Assembly: GCF_008831285.2 (NCBI RefSeq)
Contig: NC_045138.2
Coordinates: 31,930,001-31,994,000, forward strand
Length of the DNA stretch: 64,000 bases
Direction: 5' to 3'
DNA from: Nymphaea colorata
Taxonomy: Eukaryota
Of this stretch, positions 56,254 to 64,000 are shown piece after piece; the first letter of the stretch is position 1, and each line of letters opens with the position of its first letter. Both the position numbers and the translations under genes were made by a program. The notes beneath the pieces are model-generated. The model saw only the letters and a program-made list of their open reading frames with translations. It ran no database searches and was not told where the DNA came from.

Positions 56254-56291
<38 letters not shown>

Positions 56292-59200
56292 CCTGCGTGA
56301 GTGCTGTTTTCGGGTTATAGATATTGGTGCTACATTTCTATCATGGTATCAGAGCGCCAGGTTACGTTATCTCTACCAAACGAAATGCCCAAACAGGTCT
56401 GATCTGGTTAGAACTCTTTTCTCATCTTGTCTCTATCCTGAATTTACTTGTCTCTTGCGCAATTCTTGTTCCTTTTTCTTCTTGCTTACCAAGGACACAT
56501 CTTGCTATATCGTGTCTTCTTTCCCTCTCATCTTCTACCTATATACCATTCTTTTCTGCTGTCATGGAAAACCTTTCGCATTCTGGCATGTCCTCAAGTT
56601 TTCTTCTTCACCTTATTACCGAAAAACTCAACCATGAGAATTATCTGATCTGGAAAAGGCAAATCATGCCTTTCATAAGAAGTCAAGGCCTCTTTGGACA
56701 TCTCGATGGTTCAACAAAGGCTCCACCAATATCCGTCTTACAGGAAATAAAAAATGAGGCAGGAGAAGTTATTGCTGTTCATGAAGACAACAATCCTGAA
56801 CATGCTATGTGGATGAGACGTGATCAAAGTCTGGTTGCGTATATTTTGTCCACTTTATCTCAACAAGTGTTACTTTCAGTTTCTGATGATTGTACTGCAG
56901 AAGAATTATGGGAAACCCTTGCTGATACCTTTTCCCAAATATCAGAAGCTCGAATTATGTACTTAAAGAAAGAATTTCAGAATTTGAGCAAAGGTTCAAC
57001 GTCTATCATGGATTATTTGGGGCGTATTAAGGCCGTCGCAGACCAACTTGCTGATACTTCAAGAAAAATACCAATTTGTTTTCAGTGCAACAAGAAAGGA
57101 CACATGAAGGCACAATGTTGGTTTAATCCTCAAAATAAAAACAAAGGGGTAAGACATGATTATAAACAAGGAGGAAAAAGTTCTAAATCCACCGCTGAAG
57201 ATATGCAACAGCTATTGATGGCCGCATTCTCAAAGATGACTATAAAGCAAAATGAGCAGGGAGAATGGTTCTTGGATTCAGGTGCAGCTACCCATGTGAC
57301 AGGAAATGCAGGTAAATTGACTAACTTATCCCCTCATTACGGTAGAAGTTGCATTATAACAGGTGATGGAAAATCTCATCCTATTACACATATTGGAAAT
57401 GCACATATTCCATTGTCATCCTCGTCTCTATCACTGTCTAATGTTGTTCTTGCTCCCAATATCAAAAAGAACATCATATCCATTTCTAAACTCATTGATG
57501 ATACAAGCTCTTCTGTTGAATTCACACCTTCTTCTGTCTATGTCAAGGACCTCCAAACGAAGAAAATGTTCGCTAGAGGGGAGCGTCAAGGGAATATGTA
57601 CGTCCTCAAGGAATGTCTACCCAAGGATTCATCCACTTTTGATATAGGATTGAAGACATTTTCTCTTTCTCATAATGCGTCATCAGTGCCAAGTTCTTGC
57701 CATTTTCAATCAAAAGTAAGGGGCCCTAACCCATTTTTGGAGTCTGATTTGTGGCATAGTCGGCTAGGACACTGTGGTCGACATTTCATTGAAAAACTTG
57801 TGACAGATAGTCTCATTCCAAGATCAAGTTTACCTCTTACTTCAAGTGTCAAAAAATGTTCAAGTTGTGGACTTTGTAAGAGTCATGTTTTACCTTTCCA
57901 TAATATAAATCAAAGGGCTTCCAAACCTTTTGAAACTATTTTTTCTGATGTATGGGGGCCAGCCCCTATTGATTCCATGTCTGGGTCAAGATATTATGTC
58001 TTATTCATTGACTCTTACTCACGTTTCACCTGGATTTACTTCATGAAACACAAATCAGAAGTACCTCACATATTTCGAAACTTCTATGCCATGATTCAAA
58101 CTAAATTTTCATCCAATGTGGTGCATTTTCAATGTGATGGAGGGGGAGAATATTCCTCGCTTGATTTTATTGAATTTCTACGTGAAAAAGGGATAACTAG
58201 ACAAATTTCCTGCCCTTACACACCACAACAAAATGGTGTAGTTGAGCGGAAACATCGACATATAGTTGAAAGCGCCATGAGCATGATGCATGATACTAAT
58301 GTGCCCATTTCCTTGTGGACTGAAGCCTTCCATACTGCTGTATACATAATAAATTGTTTGCCTATGACACTCTTGATGTCTAAATCGCCATATTTTACAC
58401 TCTTAGGCAAACAACCTGATTACAAGAACTTGAAGGTTTTTGGTTGTGTATGCTATGTTTTTCGGAGATGTCCTCTAGATCACTCTCTTTTCATTTATCG
58501 AAAGGAAAACATATTTACTTTACTTCTTATATATGTTGATGATATTGTTATCACAGGCAATTCAGAAAAACACATAGAAGAAGCTAAAGTTTTGATGATG
58601 CAAAACTTCAAAATGAAAGAGCTTGGTGATTTACGATTCTTTCTTGGAGTGGAGATTGATAGGCACAATAATCGCCTCACATTGACACAACAGAAATACA
58701 CGTTGGATTTGTTGAAAAAGTCAGGTATGTCTGATTGTAAGCCTGTTGGAACTCCTAGTGTTCTAAATCAAAGACTAAGTGCTCAAGATGGGGAGTTATA
58801 TGAAGATCCTACGCAATATCGAAGTATTGTTGGGGCACTTCAATATCTTACATTTACTAGACCAGATATTATATATGCTGTGAATCAAGTATCCCAATTT
58901 ATGCATGCACCTAGAGATACTCACATGGATGCTGTCAAAAGAATATTAAGATATCTTAAAGGGACAGCAGGAGATGGCTTAGTTTATGGTAAGAGTGAAA
59001 ATATAACTACTGGACATCAACTTATGACATTCACAGATGCAGATTGGGCTAGAGATCCCGATCAAAGAAAGTCCATTTCTGGTTTTTGTATTTTCATTGG
59101 ACGTAATCTTGTGTCTTGGAGTTGTCGAAAGCAAAAGGCAGTAGCAAGATCCAGCACTGAAGCTGAATACAGATGCATGGCTGCAGGTACTGCTGAAGTT

Positions 59201-59861
59201 ACATGGGTTAGACATTTGCTAGAAGACATTGGAGAAAAGATTAAAACATCAATGTTAATGTGCGATAATCAAAGCGCTATTAACATTGCCTTTAATCCCG
59301 TACAACATGGTCGAACAAAGCACATTGAGATTGATCAACACTTTGTTAGACAAAAGGTAGAAGACAAGGAAATTCAGCCTATTTATGTTCGTACAGATGA
59401 ACAAGTTGCAGACTTATTTACAAAAGGATTAACAAAGGAACGATTCTGGTTTCTAAAAGGCAAGTTGTACATGGTGCAAAACCATGCACAACTTGAGGGA
59501 GGGTGTTAAAATATAAAGCCTTCACCAGCACGTTGAAGAGGAGTCTCTTAGGATTCCACCTCCTTGTAGAATGTGTTAAAATATTTAATGTCCTTGTAAC
59601 ATGTGAAGAGTCTCCTAGGATTCTATGTTATAGTTAATATCCTTGTTATATGGGAAGTCTCCTAGGATTCTATGTTGTAGTTAATATCCTTGTAATATGT
59701 GAAGTCTCTTAGGTTTCTATGATGTAATTAATGTCCTTGGAGCTTGTGAAATCTCTTAGGATTCTACAATTGGAGACTCTTAGAATTCTGAAAATGAGAT
59801 TATAAATAGAGGCCGTGCAAACCATTTTGGCTACGGCTTCTTCTCCTCAGTTTCTTCTTGT

Positions 59862-59899
<38 letters not shown>

Positions 59900-62800
59900 C
59901 CTGCGTGAGTGCTGTTTTCGGGTTACAGATATTGGTGCTACATTTCTATCAGCAGCGTCCTCCGGTGAGTGTTTTTAATCTGATGTGATTTGCCCTAATC
60001 TGCCCTAAATCCCCTTTTTTCTGGTGTGATCAGCCCTAAATTCAGTTTCTGCCCTAAATCTTCTTTTCTGACGTGATTTGCCCTAATTTCTGCCGCTGCC
60101 CTAAATTCTGCCCCAAGTCGTCTCCCTAATCATCCCTTTTTCATTATCCCTCTTTGTATTTCTTGCCCCTCTTTTCAGTCATGGATCAGCCGGCTCCTTC
60201 CCTTTTATCTTCCAGCTTTCTCTCCCAACTTATCTCTCAAAAACTAAATCATAGTAACTATTTGACTTGAAAACGTCAAATTGTCCCATTCATTAAAAGT
60301 CATAGACTCTATGGACATATCGATGGCACTACTCCAGCACTTCCAAAGTACATTGATCATGAAGTGAAGAAGACCGTTGTGGGAGATCAGGCTGCTGGGA
60401 CTCTGGCTGGGAGTGAGATTAGATTTGAATATGAAACTCTCACTGAAAACAATCCTGAGTACGAAGTTTGGCTGGCTCACGACCAGTCCCTTGTTGCCTA
60501 CATTACTTCTACTTTGTCAGAGGAGGTATTAGGAGGCATTGATGATGATTTAACAGCCCTGGAGTTGTGGTCTACCCTTGCCACAACGTATTCTTAAGTA
60601 TCGGAAGCACATTTTCTGCAATTAAGAAGGCAATTTCAGGACATCAAGCGTGGGACGTGTACAGTCTTGGAATATTTGAATGAAATAAAAAGTGTAAGTG
60701 ATTAGATTGCTGCCATTGGACATCCCATCAACGACAAGGACAAGGTGCAACAAGCTTTAAGTGGACTGGGAACAAATTTTGACATATTTTGCACAGCCTT
60801 GGAAGTTCTTCCTGTCCTCCCATCTTTTGAAGATCTGAAGGCCAAGCTTTTTCAGCATGAAGCTAGTCGTGTTCAACAACAGAGTTTGATTCCTTCCAAC
60901 AGCCACAATGTACTGATCACAGGAACACATGCACTACAAGGGAATCGCACCCGTCCTTGGACTTCTCAAATGGGAATGGGAAGAGGTATTCTCCCAATAC
61001 CACAGGGCATGAATACTACGCCTAGAAGGGTTCCGACTTGCTTCTATTGCAACAAGAGGGGACATGTAAAGTTAGAATGTTGGCACAATCCTCAGAACAA
61101 AAATAATCAGATCAGGCATGAGAACAAGGCAACAACAGGGCCAACTTCATCAACAAGACTGCCTCTGATGGAACTGCTGCATATTCCAATCCTACATTCT
61201 ATCGCAGCATTGTTGGTATGTTACAATACCTCACTTTTACTCACCCAGACATAGTATATGTTGTAAATCAGATCTTTCAGTTTATGCATGCACCCACAGA
61301 AGGACATATGGATGCCGCTAAGTGGATCTTACAGTACCTCAAAGCTACTCTTGGAGATGGACTAGTCTACACAACATAGCATATATACCTATACTGATGC
61401 AGACTGGGCAGGGGATCCCGATGACCGATGATCAGTTTCAGGTTTTTGTCTTTTTCTTGATTCTAATCTCATTTGTGGGAGTAGTAAGAAAAAGTGTGCG
61501 GTTGCGTGATCTAGCACTGAGGCAGAGTATAGAGTAATGGCTGCAGGGACAACTGAAGCGTCATGGTTACGGCATTTGCTTGGAGAGCTCAATCTTCCTA
61601 TTGTTCAGTCTTCATTACTTTGTGACAATCAAAGTGCGATAAAAATTGCCTTCAACCCCATCTTACATAATCGTACCAAGCACATAGAGATTGATCAACA
61701 CTTCATCCGTTAGAAGGTTGAAGAAGCCGAGATCTTGCCTGCTTATATATCCACTAATGAACAGATAGCTGATCTCTTTACCAAAGGACTCACAGGGCAG
61801 CACTTTTGGGAATTGAAGAACAAGTTGTGCATGATCAAATCTCATGCACAACTTGAGGGGAGCTGTTAAGTTTGTGCGTATGGGGATCGGGTCTGTTCAG
61901 ACCCGATCCACTTCTTTTATATCCACACGCTTAAGAATACTAGGCGGTGGCATTCTTGTAATATTTTATATATTTTTGTGCAAATCTGTTGTAACCTAAT
62001 TAGGTTAATGTTTTTAATAAAGATTAAGGATTGCAGGGCTGTATTGGCCGACTGCATCTCTTCCTCCATCGTCTTGCTTTCTATCATCTCTTCTCAATCT
62101 ATCTTATTTTCACCGGAGAGACATGATTTAGTGAAGATTCTTACAAGAATGACACTAATTTTATCAAATTGAGACGATCAATGTGCTATTATTAGACCTA
62201 CTTTCCACACAGCAGAAACTAGTCTATAAATAAACGTACAGCAAAAATCTGTTCTTTACCATATGCTTAATTTATATATTGTCTGTTCTTTTATAGGAAA
62301 ATATTATATATATTTTTGAAATGGCTTACTATCTCTGAACATAGAGTAGAAATCCAAATTTATCATATCGTTAACTTACTTTTTCTGTTTAAAGGTTCCC
62401 TTTGGAACAGTTTTCAAATAGAAAAGCCACAAAAGTAAATTGCTATATATAAAGTCAACAGTTTTATTAGAAGCTCATTTTACAGATGCTTTAGCCTCTT
62501 TATAAAATCATAAGCCCCAATCCTCGATAGAAGCTATAGGAACCTTTCACTGAATCACAGGAATTTGAACAGGGATAGGCTCGTGAGGCATAAATGCATA
62601 AGCCTCTTAAGTCTCAACTCTCAAATATAGCCTCTAAAAACCATGGTCAGTAATATATGTTGTTTGGTCATCATTGAATGCATAAACAATCGCACAAAGA
62701 TAAGAATTGTTCCCCAATTGGCAGTGGTTGTGGTACAAAGCCTGCAAATTGCTACCATGGCGCAGAGTGAACAAGCGTCATAAACAATACCCTCCTAAAT

Positions 62801-63647
62801 AAAATAAGCCAATTAATTTCATTCTGACAGAATGCCATCAAATACAAGCCTGGTTCTCTACACTAGAAAAATAAAGAAGAAGAAGAAGAGTGTGAAGCTT
62901 AAATTGAATGACAGTGACTGCATAGGGTGTAGTTTTCAAACCTTTGTATCTGCATCCATTTGCAAAGGCTTGTCACTGGAACCTGGATCACCACTTCCAG
63001 CTCCTGGACCAGATGCATTGTTTCTAGCCCTGCTTTCCTGCATATTCACGTCACCATCACTAGTGGCAGCAGGATCAGAAGCATTTGTAAAATCACCAAT
63101 CTCCATTTTGGAAGGTGCTACTGCAACTTCTACTCCTTCCTCTTCCAACAACTGCTCAAGGAATATAAATTGCATCAGAATATCTGAAAAGGAACTTTTA
63201 AGACAGCACATATGTAAAACTTACGGTTGCAGACTCGGCAGAAACTATCCCATGCAAATTCAAGCCAACTCTCAGTTTTATCTTTGCATGCTCTCCTTTG
63301 GCAGGTTGGAATGGACCAATCTAATCATATCCATTCAGAAAAAAAGATGAATATAAAAACTAGTTTTATATACTGAAAACAAAAGAACTTGCTTAGAAAT
63401 TGAGAACATAGCGAGCATACATTACCATATAAGTGCATATCTTGGGCTGTCTTTGCACCTCGTCAGCATAAAAAACATCAACGCTAAATGCCTCTGACTT
63501 ACAAAAAGTTAACTCTTTTACACTAGGGATGGGATTGCCCATCGGAAAAACAACAGTTGACTGCTGGTTCTCATCCCCACCATTTTGAGTGTCGCAAGTA
63601 GCAGCTTTCCAACAGAAATCAATAGAGAATGGATAGACATCATTCAC
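52812..63647 (-). CDS. HSP110: Hsp110/SSE-type heat shock 70 protein (HSP70-14/15-like), 3' part; exons 63647-63426, 63320-63225, 63151-62942, 54879-54685, 54497-54351, 54227-54078, 53443-53313, 52998-52812
   Basis: Motifs FPMGNPIPSVK, IGPFQ..LNLHGIVS, EKEFEMALQDRFMEDTKEKKNAVEAYVYDMRNK, LQEVEDWLYEDGEDE, DPKFDH, FCRPIMNKPRP. All junctions GT-AG and in phase. The ATPase-domain exons lie beyond the right edge. Confidence 0.93.
53708..53817. repeat. 36-bp perfect tandem repeat x3 (intronic)
   Basis: CAAGCTGATTAAATTTCATGATTAAATTCCTTAGCT three times. Confidence 0.95.
55896..59951 (+). mobile_element. Inner Ty1/copia LTR retrotransposon nested in the outer one; 448-bp LTRs 55896-56343 and 59504-59951
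   Basis: TG..CA LTRs, TSD GCAGC (55891-55895 and 59952-59956), PBS TGGTATCAGAGC at 56344, PPT GAGGGAGGG. One mismatch seen between the LTRs. Confidence 0.96.
56564..59509 (+). CDS. Copia gag-pol polyprotein, open frame but internally deleted
   Basis: Gag, CCHC knuckle (CFQCNKKGHMKAQC), protease (WFLDSGA), GAG-pre-integrase, integrase core (SDVWGP..CDGGGEY..QQNGVVERKHR), RT C-half (YVDD) and RNase H (TDADW..SSTEAEY..CDNQSA..ADLFTK), in copia order. Confidence 0.9.
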   Translation: MENLSHSGMSSSFLLHLITEKLNHENYLIWKRQIMPFIRSQGLFGHLDGSTKAPPISVLQEIKNEAGEVIAVHEDNNPEHAMWMRRDQSLVAYILSTLSQQVLLSVSDDCTAEELWETLADTFSQISEARIMYLKKEFQNLSKGSTSIMDYLGRIKAVADQLADTSRKIPICFQCNKKGHMKAQCWFNPQNKNKGVRHDYKQGGKSSKSTAEDMQQLLMAAFSKMTIKQNEQGEWFLDSGAATHVTGNAGKLTNLSPHYGRSCIITGDGKSHPITHIGNAHIPLSSSSLSLSNVVLAPNIKKNIISISKLIDDTSSSVEFTPSSVYVKDLQTKKMFARGERQGNMYVLKECLPKDSSTFDIGLKTFSLSHNASSVPSSCHFQSKVRGPNPFLESDLWHSRLGHCGRHFIEKLVTDSLIPRSSLPLTSSVKKCSSCGLCKSHVLPFHNINQRASKPFETIFSDVWGPAPIDSMSGSRYYVLFIDSYSRFTWIYFMKHKSEVPHIFRNFYAMIQTKFSSNVVHFQCDGGGEYSSLDFIEFLREKGITRQISCPYTPQQNGVVERKHRHIVESAMSMMHDTNVPISLWTEAFHTAVYIINCLPMTLLMSKSPYFTLLGKQPDYKNLKVFGCVCYVFRRCPLDHSLFIYRKENIFTLLLIYVDDIVITGNSEKHIEEAKVLMMQNFKMKELGDLRFFLGVEIDRHNNRLTLTQQKYTLDLLKKSGMSDCKPVGTPSVLNQRLSAQDGELYEDPTQYRSIVGALQYLTFTRPDIIYAVNQVSQFMHAPRDTHMDAVKRILRYLKGTAGDGLVYGKSENITTGHQLMTFTDADWARDPDQRKSISGFCIFIGRNLVSWSCRKQKAVARSSTEAEYRCMAAGTAEVTWVRHLLEDIGEKIKTSMLMCDNQSAINIAFNPVQHGRTKHIEIDQHFVRQKVEDKEIQPIYVRTDEQVADLFTKGLTKERFWFLKGKLYMVQNHAQLEGGC
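60181..61860 (+). pseudogene. Disrupted gag plus RT-C/RNase H remnant of the outer copia
   Basis: KLNHSNYLT*KRQIVPFIK, CFYCNKRGHVKLEC, YTDADWAGDP, STEAEYR, CDNQSAI, HNRTKHIEID; several nonsense codons and frameshifts. Confidence 0.88.
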
Positions 63648-64000
63648 CTAACAAGCAGACAAACACAATAACTTTAATAATGTCTCCCAGCCAGTTAACT
63701 GAAAAGACAAGAGGCAGTCATAAATAGCATCAAGTGCACGAGACTATTGCATCAAGTTATCAACAGACATTGAGAGAGAAATTTCCCTAGCCATTTGCAG
63801 AAAGGAGGCAAAAACAAAGATCTCATAGAAATTTAACAGGGAAACAAAAATTGGAAAACTGGGAAGGAAGATCAAGATGGAATATAATCACAAACACCAG
63901 TCTTGGCTATATCTCCTGTAGAGCAAAATTATGACAATAAAAGTTGCTCAATATGTTTCACAAAAATCTCGTAAAAGGAATCTTAGCAATTAGAAAAACA

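Larger units (their letters stand above)
55590..62145 (+). mobile_element. Outer Ty1/copia LTR retrotransposon, non-autonomous; LTRs 55590-55872 and 61864-62145
   Basis: TG..CA LTRs, TSD AGAAT, tRNA-iMet PBS TGGTATCAGAGCC at 55873, PPT before 61864. Gag from 60181 with stops and a CCHC knuckle is joined directly to late RT/RNase H. About 6 substitutions and 1 indel between LTRs by eye. Confidence 0.95.

Noticed and set aside
56324..56563. 80-aa N-terminal extension of the copia ORF from a GTG start
   Set aside because: Overlaps the LTR end, PBS and leader; the real Gag start is more likely the ATG at 56564.

Overview
Eukaryotic, AT-rich flowering-plant nuclear DNA with spliced genes, microsatellites and many transposon remnants; the species cannot be fixed from the sequence. 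Genes, left to right: the 5' two exons of MSH7 (minus, runs off the left edge), a FAR1/FRS domesticated Mutator-transposase transcription factor, a 4-exon ENOD93, a GA2-oxidase pseudo-exon duplicated as an inverted repeat, a small intronless membrane protein, tRNA-Leu(AAG), an intronless P-class PPR gene, KRI1, a 4-exon HMA-domain gene and the 3' eight exons of an Hsp110/SSE-type Hsp70 (minus, runs off the right edge). One 8-kb Hsp110 intron holds two nested Ty1/copia elements with intact LTRs and TSDs. Several hAT-type MITEs with 8-bp TSDs, a tRNA-derived SINE and a 1.4-kb tandem duplication are also visible. Most notable: (1) the PPR ORF sits directly behind a decayed copy of the KRI1 splice acceptor and N-terminus, suggesting it captured KRI1's leader and may share a first exon with KRI1; (2) a ~195-bp-arm inverted repeat made from a GA2ox exon, a candidate siRNA/proto-miRNA source; (3) a very young copia whose polyprotein stays open across two large in-frame deletions. 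Family assignments rest on recalled motifs, not on database searches.
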